From positions 1,056,001 through 1,120,000 of the forward strand of contig CAXXQS010000001.1 of NCBI GenBank assembly GCA_963674735.2: 64,000 nucleotides of DNA. Direction: 5' to 3'. Positions 10,359-19,065 of this stretch are shown piece by piece. The notes under the pieces were generated by a model. That model saw only the letters and a program-made list of their open reading frames with translations, had not been told where the DNA came from and ran no database searches. Position numbers and translations under genes: made by a program. The first letter of the stretch is position 1. Each line of letters opens with the position of its first letter. This DNA is from Myxococcota bacterium. Its GTDB lineage: Bacteria > Myxococcota_A > SURF-8.

Positions 10359-10856
10359 TCAGGTGTCCTCTTCGAAATTGTGCTCCATCAACGCGTCGAG
10401 TATAGATCGTATCGAGTCGATGGAAAAACCGCGACCAGCCAGATGGCGGCCGACTTTATCTCGCTTTCGTCTGGGGTCTTCATCGTGTATCTGTTTCCAG
10501 CGACGCAAAGCCACTTCCCAAGCAACTTCACGTTCGTTGACCGTTTCGCGGTATTCTTCGATGACTTCCTCGGCCAATTCCCGATCTACCCCGGCTTTCA
10601 ACAACCGGCTGCGTGCATCGTGAAACCCGCGACGACGAATCACCACCCGGTCTTTTACCAGTAGGCGGGCGAATCGCCGGTCGTCAAGGTAGTGTAAGTC
10701 GGTGAGTTTTGTCAAGGTTACGCTGATTTCGGCGGTATCATATTTGCGCTGACGCAGCTTTCGGGTCAGTTCGGCGGTGGAGTGGTCGCGGTGGGCTAGA
10801 ATATCCACTGCGCATTCGAAGGCTGAGCGGTCAGTTTTGCGTTTCGATCCACTCAC
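10359..10856 (-). CDS. recX: Regulatory protein RecX
   Basis: RDHSTAEL, YLDDRRFA and LAGRGF motifs; downstream of recA. Confidence 0.92.
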   Translation of the reverse strand: MSGSKRKTDRSAFECAVDILAHRDHSTAELTRKLRQRKYDTAEISVTLTKLTDLHYLDDRRFARLLVKDRVVIRRRGFHDARSRLLKAGVDRELAEEVIEEYRETVNEREVAWEVALRRWKQIHDEDPRRKRDKVGRHLAGRGFSIDSIRSILDALMEHNFEEDT

Positions 10857-12019
10857 TTGCCGAACCGTTCAACCTCGAGGATATCGTCGTCGGTTGAATC
10901 CGCGCTTGTATCGGATTTGTCGAAATGCTCCCAGCGGCCGTCGCTGGACGATTGAATCCCTTTGTATCGCAAGGCGAAATCATCGGGATTGGAGGCCTGG
11001 GTCAGCGCCTGGTCGTAGGTGATCAACCCGGAATGAACCAGGGACATCAGAGATTGGTCGAACGTTTGCATCCCATAGCTGGTGTAACCGGCTGCTATCG
11101 CCTCGGAAATTTCTTTCACACGGCTCTCGTCTTCGATGAGCTGGCGAACATGTTTCGTGTTGATCATTACTTCCACGGCCGGAGCACGTCCTTTGCCGTC
11201 GGCGGTCGGGACTAACCGTTGTGAGATGACGGCCTTGAGCACTGTCGCGAGTTGCAGGCGGACCGAGTGCTGATGATGCGGGGGAAAGAGCGAGATTATT
11301 CGGTTAATCGTTTCGGTTGTGTCCATGGTGTGCAACGTCGACATCACCAGGTGGCCTGTTTCGGCCGCCGCCATGGCGGTTTCGAATGTTTCCAGGTCGC
11401 GGAGCTCGCCGAGTAAAATGACATCGGGATCTTGGCGAAGAGCGGATTTCAGCGCCTTTCCGAACGTAAAGGTATCCATGTTGACTTCGCGTTGATTGAT
11501 CATCGAACGGCGGTCACGGATGAGGAACTCGATCGGATCTTCGATGGTGATGATATGGCAGGTACGCACCCGATTGATGTGATCAATCATCGCCGCCAAT
11601 GTGGACGACTTTCCGGCGGAAGTGGTGCCGGTTACGAGAATCAATCCACGCTGAAACTCGGCTATCTTCTTCAAAACAGGCGGCAATCGCAGTTCGTCGA
11701 AGGTGGGAACGTGCATGGGAATCACCCGGATCGCCGCTCCTACGGAACCCCGTTGATGAAAGGCGTTGATGCGAAAACGGCCGACCCCACCGATGCCGTA
11801 TGCGAAATCGATTTCAAGCTCGTTCTGCAGCAATTCCTGTTGGCGCTTGGACATGATGTCATACAGCATGTCACGAATCGCTTCGGGGGTAAGACGGTCG
11901 GCGTTGCGCAAGGAAACCAGCGACCCGGCAATTCGAAACATGGGAGGTAATCCCACTTTCAGGTGAATATCACTGGCACCGCCTTTGAAACCAACGGTCA
12001 AGATTTCGGTGAGATCCAT
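10853..12019 (-). CDS. pilT: Type IV pilus retraction ATPase, PilT/PilU family
   Basis: ASDIHL, Walker A GTTSAGKS, TIEDPIE, ALRQDPDVIL, AAETGHLV and GMQTFDQ; GGAGG precedes the ATG at 12019. Confidence 0.93.
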   Translation of the reverse strand: MDLTEILTVGFKGGASDIHLKVGLPPMFRIAGSLVSLRNADRLTPEAIRDMLYDIMSKRQQELLQNELEIDFAYGIGGVGRFRINAFHQRGSVGAAIRVIPMHVPTFDELRLPPVLKKIAEFQRGLILVTGTTSAGKSSTLAAMIDHINRVRTCHIITIEDPIEFLIRDRRSMINQREVNMDTFTFGKALKSALRQDPDVILLGELRDLETFETAMAAAETGHLVMSTLHTMDTTETINRIISLFPPHHQHSVRLQLATVLKAVISQRLVPTADGKGRAPAVEVMINTKHVRQLIEDESRVKEISEAIAAGYTSYGMQTFDQSLMSLVHSGLITYDQALTQASNPDDFALRYKGIQSSSDGRWEHFDKSDTSADSTDDDILEVERFGK

Positions 12020-12092
12020 TTGTTCCTCCCGACTTTCCCCCTCATATCCGCTTATCGTCAATCGCGATCTTTATCAATCGATGGAGATAAGC

Positions 12093-13154
12093 CTACTTTT
12101 TCTTCCCGGCTTTGCTCTCCGCTTCCACCGGTTCTTCCTCAACTGCTTCGGGTTGGCCGAATCCGAATTTGGCTTTGACTTCATCTTCAATGCTGAGAAG
12201 GATGTCCGGGTTTTCTTTTAGGAAATTCTTCACATTCTCGCGCCCCTGGCCGATGCGGTCGGTTTTGTAGCTAAACCAGGAACCCGACTTGTCCACGATG
12301 CCTTGATCGACCGCCATGTCGAGGGTCGCACCTTCGCGAGAAATGCCATATCCATACATGATATCGCATTCGATGGATTTGAAAGGTGGAGCCAGTTTGT
12401 TTTTGACAACTTTGATACGTGTGCGCGAACCCAGGATTTCGTCACCTTGTTTGATGGCGCCGATACGTCGGATGTCGATACGAACCGAACTGTAGAATTT
12501 CAGGGCGTTGCCACCGGTTGTGGTTTCGGGGTTGCCGAACATCACGCCGATTTTCATACGGATTTGGTTGATGAAAATAACGGTTGTCATCGATTTGGCG
12601 ATCAGACCGGTTAATTTGCGCATGGCCTGAGACATCAGACGGGCCTGCAAGCCGACATGAGAGTCGCCCATTTCGCCATCGATCTCAGCGCGCGGTACCA
12701 AAGCGGCGACGGAATCCACCACCAAAACATCGATGGCGTTGGAGCGAACCAGAGTTTCCATGATTTCGAGGGCTTGCTCGCCGTAATCAGGTTGCGAGAT
12801 GAGGAGCTCGTCCGTATTCACACCCAGGTTTTTCGCGTAATTGACATCGAGTGCATGCTCGGCATCGATATAGGCGGCAACACCGCCTGCTTTTTGTGCA
12901 TTGGCCACGCAATGCAGCGCCAGGGTTGTTTTTCCCGAAGCTTCCGGACCGTAAATCTCCGTTACCCGACCGCGTGGAAGGCCACCGGCTCCCAGCGCGA
13001 TATCAAGCGGAAGGGCTCCTGTGGGAATCGTGGCAACGGCGGCAGGATTTACACCTTTATCGCCCAGGCGCATAATCGCACCCTTGCCGAACTGTTTTTC
13101 GATGGAGCCGATTGCCAGCTCAATGGATTTGAGTTTATTGGGATCTACAGCCAT
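12093..13154 (-). CDS. recA: Recombinase A
   Basis: [22 protein letters not shown] and GGNALKFY motifs. Confidence 0.99.
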   Translation of the reverse strand: MAVDPNKLKSIELAIGSIEKQFGKGAIMRLGDKGVNPAAVATIPTGALPLDIALGAGGLPRGRVTEIYGPEASGKTTLALHCVANAQKAGGVAAYIDAEHALDVNYAKNLGVNTDELLISQPDYGEQALEIMETLVRSNAIDVLVVDSVAALVPRAEIDGEMGDSHVGLQARLMSQAMRKLTGLIAKSMTTVIFINQIRMKIGVMFGNPETTTGGNALKFYSSVRIDIRRIGAIKQGDEILGSRTRIKVVKNKLAPPFKSIECDIMYGYGISREGATLDMAVDQGIVDKSGSWFSYKTDRIGQGRENVKNFLKENPDILLSIEDEVKAKFGFGQPEAVEEEPVEAESKAGKKK

Positions 13155-13164
13155 GGAGTCCTCC

Positions 13165-13650
13165 TCACGATTGTGCGTGTTTCAATAGCATATTTATAGC
13201 TGAATAAGCCGCTTTATTTCTGATGGATGAACGATCGCCGTCAAAGTGATAGTGTGCCTGATGAGTTCCGGATGGTCCGGCAAGGGCAATAAAGACCGTC
13301 CCCACCGGTTTGGATTCGGAACCGCCATCGGGTCCGGCTATGCCGGTAATGGCCAGCGCCCAGGTTGCCCCACTTGCGCTACGCTCGCCTTCCGCCATTG
13401 CTCGTGCGCAGGCTTCGCTGACCGCGCCGTGTTCGTCGAGGAGTGTTTCGGGTACGCCAAGTCGCCGGACTTTCGAACTATTGGCGTAAGTGACGATTCC
13501 TTCGATGAGTATGGCCGAGGCTCCGGGAATGTCGGTGATTTGTTTGGCGAGCAGTCCTCCCGTGCAAGATTCGGCCAACGAGAGGGTTTCGCCTCGTTTT
13601 GTTAAGGAATTAACCAGTAATTGTAATGAGTTAGCAGCCTGTTCAGTCAT
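13165..13650 (-). CDS. cinA: CinA C-terminal domain protein / nicotinamide-nucleotide amidohydrolase PncC
   Basis: AESCTGG, GAVSE and [16 protein letters not shown]; no N-terminal MoCF domain; upstream of recA. Start could be 13650 or 13662. Confidence 0.88.
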   Translation of the reverse strand: MTEQAANSLQLLVNSLTKRGETLSLAESCTGGLLAKQITDIPGASAILIEGIVTYANSSKVRRLGVPETLLDEHGAVSEACARAMAEGERSASGATWALAITGIAGPDGGSESKPVGTVFIALAGPSGTHQAHYHFDGDRSSIRNKAAYSAINMLLKHAQS

Positions 13651-13871
13651 GCTCTTTGCCAAATTGCAGTCGAACGTTTCGTGATATTTTCGCAGAAATT
13701 CAGTACGTAGGGCAACGCGAAAATACCGGCAAATCGTCTATAGAAACGCCTGATAGAACCCTCACATTGAAACCATGTCCCCTGCGGCTTGTCAAGCTAT
13801 TAAATATCGTTTCAAAGAGAGGTGTGACGTATTCTGGCACACGCTGCTCAGGATTTCCAAGGCTGAAAAAA

Positions 13872-14813
13872 CTAGCGATTTCGAGATTTCTTTGGTTTTC
13901 TCGATGGTTTGGATGAGCGTGATCGATTGTGGGAGGGTGTCGCATTGGGATCCGGCCAAAGAAGCGGGTGGCGGGGTAGCCAATAGAAAACCATGAAAGC
14001 AGCTCCCGCAACGAGAAAGATCCCGATGAATTGGGATGTACTCAATAACCCAACCGTTCCCCGGCCACCGTCGTCGCGAACAAACTCGATCAGAAAGCGG
14101 AAGAAGGAATAGAGCCCGACAAAAGCCCAGAAGGCTAAGCCATCGCGCCATAGATGTCGAGTCTTTGTTGTCGGCTGTCCTGTGAACACACGATGGAGGC
14201 GAATCTGGGTTAGAAGCCACCATGTGAAGCCGGCCAGAACGAAACCGGCAGCCGATTCGAATAGTTGAGTGGGTAAGACAGGAGTCGAGAAGCCGTCCGG
14301 CAATAAAGCCCAGTGGCGGTGACTGTGCTGCTGGGCAACAAGACTTGGGGGCGGAAAACTCAACCCCAAAAAACTGTCGGTGCGAACGCCGTAACAACAA
14401 CCGCGAAGGAAGCAACCCAAGCGCGTGAGTCCCAATCCGAGTGCGAGTGCGGGGGTGGCGGCATCGAGGTGGGGACGTATCGGCAATTTGCGGTAGATGA
14501 ATATCGCCAACCCGGTTCCAACTCCAAAAATGAAGCCGCCATAAGCCACCATGCCGCCTTCGCGAACATTTACGATTCGAGCGAAGGTCCAGTCGAGGTG
14601 AGGGTTTGAAATGACGTGGAAAAGTCGTGCTCCGACAAGAGAAAGAAAGGCCGCTAGGATGATCGGTAAAACATAATTTTCCGGGTTGAGCCCGTGCCGT
14701 TTGGCCGTGAATGGAATGAAATACCACCCGACGATAAAGGCCAAGCCCAACATGACACCATAGCCGTATACCGGCAAATCAATCCAGGGAATGGTGAACA
14801 GAACGGGTTTCAT
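13872..14813 (-). CDS. lgt: Prolipoprotein diacylglyceryl transferase
   Basis: YGVML, GARLFH, GGMVAYGG, RLGCFLRGCCYG, PTQLFE and RFLIEFVR motifs. Confidence 0.93.
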   Translation of the reverse strand: MKPVLFTIPWIDLPVYGYGVMLGLAFIVGWYFIPFTAKRHGLNPENYVLPIILAAFLSLVGARLFHVISNPHLDWTFARIVNVREGGMVAYGGFIFGVGTGLAIFIYRKLPIRPHLDAATPALALGLGLTRLGCFLRGCCYGVRTDSFLGLSFPPPSLVAQQHSHRHWALLPDGFSTPVLPTQLFESAAGFVLAGFTWWLLTQIRLHRVFTGQPTTKTRHLWRDGLAFWAFVGLYSFFRFLIEFVRDDGGRGTVGLLSTSQFIGIFLVAGAAFMVFYWLPRHPLLWPDPNATPSHNRSRSSKPSRKPKKSRNR

Positions 14814-14910
14814 CGCTCCTCAACAAGAATAAAGTCAACGATTCAACAAATCCGCGAGACTGTGTCACCGATGGCGGGTAAAGTCAAGCCTTGCAAGGTA
14901 ATGAAAACAT

Positions 14911-14938
14911 TTGACAAAGCTGTTTGGCATTATATAAT
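14911..14938 (+). promoter_or_regulatory. Sigma70-type promoter upstream of the FHA gene
   Basis: TTGACA-N16-TATAAT. Confidence 0.7.
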
Positions 14939-15042
14939 GCTGCTGCTTAAGGCAAAAACTCACTTAAGGCAAAGAAAATATAAGGGGTTTTTCTCGAACG
15001 TGAACAGCACGCAACGAGTGTTTTCGAGCAGAGAGGGAACTG

Positions 15043-17451
15043 ATGACCGACGACAAAGGGCGGAAAGATCAGGGCGGCTTTTTCGATAACGAGAAAGAGG
15101 ATGGGTATCTATCCGAAAAAACAGTTGTCGATACGGATGTTTTGAAGAAGCTTCACGATCGGCTTAAGGTCGATGACGAGGTGATTCAGGATCTTTCCGA
15201 TGGCGCGGAGTTGCTTGACGAAGTGGTGTTAACCACCCCACCCACGCCACCGGTCCCACCTCAACCCAGTGTGCCGGAAGCACCCCCGCTTCCCCCGACT
15301 CCACCGGTTTCCACCCAGGATGAGACGACCAAGCAGAAGGTGGAAAAAGTTCATGAATTATTCGAGCAACCCGAAGATGAATCCGTTGATCTAAGCGAGA
15401 TTGCAGAGGAAAAAACGGTTATTCTGGCGGATGAAGATGTTTCCGGGGCTCCCAAGGTCTCCGGAGCCAAGCTCGTGGTGGAAGACGGACCCGACAAAGG
15501 GAAAGAATACACGATCGAGTTTAATGAAATCTTTATCGGGCGTGGAGTCGAAAACGATTTCGCCGTTGCCGACCGGGCTATTTCGCGTAAGCATTTCCGC
15601 ATTCGCCGGCGGTTCGACGAATACATCATCGTCGATCTCAAAAGTGGCAATGGAACACGGGTCAATTCCGAAAAAGTCGAGGAAGTTTTACTCAACCACG
15701 GAGATGTTATCGTAGTGGGGCGGAGCTCGATTCGCTTTATCGATCTGGAAAAAGAGGCTCAAGGTATACCCGCTGTTGCGCCTGTTGCAGAACCGGCTCC
15801 GCCGATCGAACCTACTCGCGTGAAAGCTACGCCGGTGGAACGTCCGGTTGAACCTGTGCCTGAACCCAAGCCTAAGCCGGAGCCGAAGGTCGAGGCCAAA
15901 CCGGAGCCGAAAGTCGAAGCCAAACCTGAGCCGAAGCCCGAGATTAAACCGGAAGCAGTCGCCCCGACTCGCGCAAAGGATCGGTTGGAACCCCTCTCGG
16001 CACAGCGTTCGGGAACGATGCTTCCGGGCGAAACCGACAAGGCCACGTCGTTTGGTCTCTTGTTTGTCGGAATCATCGTGGTTGTCTGTGTTGTGGCAGG
16101 CTTGATTCTGATCACACAGTACTATGACGAAGAGGCCAAGCAAGCTCCGACTCCCGTTACACAGCAACCTCCTACCGTTTTGCAAAAAGAAGCCAAGATC
16201 AAAAAGCTGATCGATCAGGCTGAAGTCCTGGTGCAGAATCGTTTCTTCACCAAGGGCGTCGACAAATTCAATGAAGTTTTAGCAATTGACAAGGGGAATA
16301 CCCGAGCCGAGATGGGCAAGGTAAAAGCTCAGCGTGAAATTGCGAATAACCAAGCCCTAGACGAGGGCAAGCAGCTGTTTAACGAGCAGAAATTCAAAGA
16401 GGCTGCCATTCGACTGCAAGTCATTGGTGACAGCAGCGTTTTCCATCCCAAAGCGCAGGCGATGCTGAAAAAGATCGAAGACGCCAAGTATGATGCCGAA
16501 GTCGAAAAGGGGAAGGGGCTTCTCGAAAAGAAAAAATACGATTCTGCTATCGCTGTTTTCGACGGTGTGTTGGCTCAAAGCGCCACGCACGAAGGTGCCC
16601 GGAAATACAAGCAGATTGCCCTTGACGAAAAACAAATGACCGCTAAGCAACGGGAAGAGCAGGCTCGCCTCGATGCGGAAAGACGGGGCCAGGCCGAAGC
16701 GCAGCGCCGCCAGCGTGCTGAAGATGAGCGTCGCCAGAAAGCGGAGAACGAACGTCGCAAAAAGGCCGAAGAGCAAAAACGAATCAAAGCTGAACAGGAT
16801 CGACGCGAACGTGAACAACGTGAAGCGGAAGCTCAAAAACGCCGCGAAGAAGAACAACGTAAACGCTTGGTTCAGGGAAACTCGGACCTGGACAAGGGAA
16901 TCGGCCTCTACAAGAACGGCAAACTGGATCAAGCCGTGGTTGAGTTGTATACCATCGCGAATGGGCGTGGTAACACGAAAGTTATAAACAAAGCCAAATC
17001 TCTCGTGGCCTCGATGAAACGCTTCAACGAGAGTTACGACGCCGGCAAGAAGGCTCACGCGGCCAAAAACCCGGCTGCCGCAATTCCCAAACTTAAAAAT
17101 GCGATGCGTGAGGATATGAAAATCGCTTCCGGGTCGGCTTATGTCAGCGAATTGCGTCAGAAATTGGCCGATATGTACTATCTGATCGGGAACAGTGCCA
17201 AGCAAAGCCAGTCCTGGGAAAAAGCCTATACGGCTTACAATCGATCGCTTCAGTTCTACCCGCAACACGGTCCGGCCAAGCAGGGAATCGAAAGTCTTTC
17301 GAACCAAGCCAGAAAGCTGTATTACGAAGGCTTTGCGATTAAGGATGTCGAGCCGGAGCAGACCGAGCAGAAGTGGAAAACCGTGAAAAAAATTGTTCCC
17401 TCTTCGAACGAGTGGTATAAGAAGGCGGACGCTGGCCTGCAGGATTTATAA
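15043..17451 (+). CDS. FHA domain / single-TM / TPR and coiled-coil protein
   Basis: FHA motifs (IGR, SRKH, DLKSGNGT); Pro-rich PEPK linker; one TM; periplasmic TPR-like helices and an E/K/R/Q coiled coil. Confidence 0.85.
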   Translation: MTDDKGRKDQGGFFDNEKEDGYLSEKTVVDTDVLKKLHDRLKVDDEVIQDLSDGAELLDEVVLTTPPTPPVPPQPSVPEAPPLPPTPPVSTQDETTKQKVEKVHELFEQPEDESVDLSEIAEEKTVILADEDVSGAPKVSGAKLVVEDGPDKGKEYTIEFNEIFIGRGVENDFAVADRAISRKHFRIRRRFDEYIIVDLKSGNGTRVNSEKVEEVLLNHGDVIVVGRSSIRFIDLEKEAQGIPAVAPVAEPAPPIEPTRVKATPVERPVEPVPEPKPKPEPKVEAKPEPKVEAKPEPKPEIKPEAVAPTRAKDRLEPLSAQRSGTMLPGETDKATSFGLLFVGIIVVVCVVAGLILITQYYDEEAKQAPTPVTQQPPTVLQKEAKIKKLIDQAEVLVQNRFFTKGVDKFNEVLAIDKGNTRAEMGKVKAQREIANNQALDEGKQLFNEQKFKEAAIRLQVIGDSSVFHPKAQAMLKKIEDAKYDAEVEKGKGLLEKKKYDSAIAVFDGVLAQSATHEGARKYKQIALDEKQMTAKQREEQARLDAERRGQAEAQRRQRAEDERRQKAENERRKKAEEQKRIKAEQDRREREQREAEAQKRREEEQRKRLVQGNSDLDKGIGLYKNGKLDQAVVELYTIANGRGNTKVINKAKSLVASMKRFNESYDAGKKAHAAKNPAAAIPKLKNAMREDMKIASGSAYVSELRQKLADMYYLIGNSAKQSQSWEKAYTAYNRSLQFYPQHGPAKQGIESLSNQARKLYYEGFAIKDVEPEQTEQKWKTVKKIVPSSNEWYKKADAGLQDL
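15868..15950 (+). repeat. Intragenic ~24-bp tandem repeat encoding KPEPKVEA
   Basis: KPKPEPKVEAKPEPKVEAKPEPKPE in the linker of the FHA protein. Confidence 0.75.
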
Positions 17452-17538
17452 GTCTGAAGGCTTATCGCCTCCTGATATGGCGGGATCGGTTGCACCTGCG
17501 GATAGAACGCCGAATGCCCCGAGAAACCAGTCATAACC

Positions 17539-17568
17539 TACCGGGTCCAAAAGACCCGGTATTTTTTT
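17539..17568 (+). terminator. Intrinsic terminator or attenuator hairpin directly upstream of the tryptophanase RBS
   Basis: TACCGGGTC-CAAAA-GACCCGGTA followed by T7. Confidence 0.8.
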
Positions 17569-17584
17569 GCGCAAGGAGTTCCTC

Positions 17585-18961
17585 ATGAAGACGATCATTG
17601 AACCTTTCCGAATCAAGATGGTGGAGCCGCTCAACTTCACATCCGAGACTGAGCGCAAGCAAATCCTGAAAGAAGCCCATAATAATGTTTTTTTGATTAA
17701 GTCCGAGCATGTGCTGATTGATTTGCTGACCGATAGCGGTACGTCGGCCATGTCAACGGAACAATGGGCGGGTATGATGCGAGGAGATGAATCCTACGCC
17801 GGAAGTCCCAGCTTTTTCCGATTCGAGGAAGCTGTAAAAAGCATCTTTGGCTTTAAGCACGTGATTCCCACTCACCAAGGACGCGCTGCCGAACGCATTC
17901 TCTTTACAACCGTAGGGGGGGAAGGCAAAAGCATCCTGAACAACACGCATTTCGATACGACACGCGCCAACATTGAATTTACCAAAGCCGAGGCGATCGA
18001 TCTGGTTATCGAGGAAGGCAAACACCCGGAAGTCGTACATCCTTTCAAGGGGAATATGGATCTCGACAAGCTGGAAAAGGCCATTCAAGAGATCGGTGCC
18101 GAGAATATTCCGATCGGGATGACTACCGTTACCAATAATTCCGGTGGCGGCCAACCGGTTTCGATGGAAAACATTCGTTTGACGGCTGAAATACTGCATA
18201 AGCACGGCATTCCTTTCTTCATCGACGCTTGCCGCTTCGCGGAGAACGCCTATTTCATTAAAATGCGTGAGGAGGGGTATGCGGATAAGGAAATCCGCGA
18301 TATCGCACAGGAGATGTTCTCCTATGCCGATGGCTGTACCATGAGCGCCAAAAAGGATGCCATGGTCAATATCGGCGGATTCCTGGCGATGAACGATGAC
18401 GAGCTAGCCGAGAAATGTAAAAATCTTCTCATCCTGACCGAAGGATTTCCCACCTACGGCGGCCTTGCCGGGCGCGACCTTGAAGCGATGGCGGTAGGCC
18501 TCAATGAAGTTCTCGAAGAGCGCTATTTGCAGTACCGCATTGCAAGCGTTGCGTATTTTGCACGGAAATTGCGGGATGGCGGAGTCAAGATTGTCGAACC
18601 TCCGGGTGGTCACGCTATTTTTCTCGATGCACGCAGCTTTCTACCGCATGTCCCACTCGATCAATTCCCAGCCTGGGCGCTGACGAACGCGCTTTATGAA
18701 CAGGCCGGTATTCGGGGGGTGGAAATCGGGTCTGTTATGTTTGGACGCAAGGACAAAGAAACCGGTAAAGAGATCCCCGCGCCGATGGACCTCGTTCGGT
18801 TGACCATTCCGCGTCGCGTTTATACACAGAGCCACGTGGATTATCTCGCCGAAGCCATCCTTGAGATCTACGGCACACGCGAACAGATAAAAGGGGTTCG
18901 GATTGTGAAGGAACCGCCTTTCTTGCGACATTTCAGCGCGCATTTCGAGCCCGTCGAATAA
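17585..18961 (+). CDS. tnaA: Tryptophanase (PLP-dependent beta-eliminating lyase)
   Basis: EPFRIK, IDLLTDSGT, HQGRAAE and SAKKD (PLP Lys). Specificity positions FDTT, EIG and LRHF match tryptophanase rather than tyrosine phenol-lyase (FTTT, ERG, LRFF). AAGGAG RBS. Confidence 0.9.
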   Translation: MKTIIEPFRIKMVEPLNFTSETERKQILKEAHNNVFLIKSEHVLIDLLTDSGTSAMSTEQWAGMMRGDESYAGSPSFFRFEEAVKSIFGFKHVIPTHQGRAAERILFTTVGGEGKSILNNTHFDTTRANIEFTKAEAIDLVIEEGKHPEVVHPFKGNMDLDKLEKAIQEIGAENIPIGMTTVTNNSGGGQPVSMENIRLTAEILHKHGIPFFIDACRFAENAYFIKMREEGYADKEIRDIAQEMFSYADGCTMSAKKDAMVNIGGFLAMNDDELAEKCKNLLILTEGFPTYGGLAGRDLEAMAVGLNEVLEERYLQYRIASVAYFARKLRDGGVKIVEPPGGHAIFLDARSFLPHVPLDQFPAWALTNALYEQAGIRGVEIGSVMFGRKDKETGKEIPAPMDLVRLTIPRRVYTQSHVDYLAEAILEIYGTREQIKGVRIVKEPPFLRHFSAHFEPVE

Positions 18962-19020
18962 GCGAAACAGAAGGCAGCAAAAGGCCGAGAAGGGCAATTC
19001 TGCTATGATTATATGACTAA

Positions 19021-19050
19021 GCCAAGGCGACCTCAAGGGGTCGCCTTGGC
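19021..19050. terminator. Hairpin between the convergent tnaA and giant lipoprotein genes
   Basis: GCCAAGGCGACC-TCAAGG-GGTCGCCTTGGC, a 12-bp stem. Confidence 0.75.
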
Positions 19051-19065
19051 GGTTTCTGGATGTGT

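Noticed and set aside
13655-13870. Possible LexA box upstream of cinA-recA
   Set aside because: CGAACGTTTCG does not fit GAAC-N4-GTTC or other SOS boxes I know.
13792-14727. 311-aa ORF overlapping lgt on the same strand
   Set aside because: Alternative frame of a well-supported gene, with no recognisable motifs.
16357-17307. 316-aa antisense ORF within the FHA/TPR gene
   Set aside because: Antisense shadow of the charged coiled-coil region.
17477-17536. uORF as a true TnaC orthologue
   Set aside because: No Trp codon, no terminal Pro-stop and no clear RBS; kept only as part of the attenuator hypothesis.
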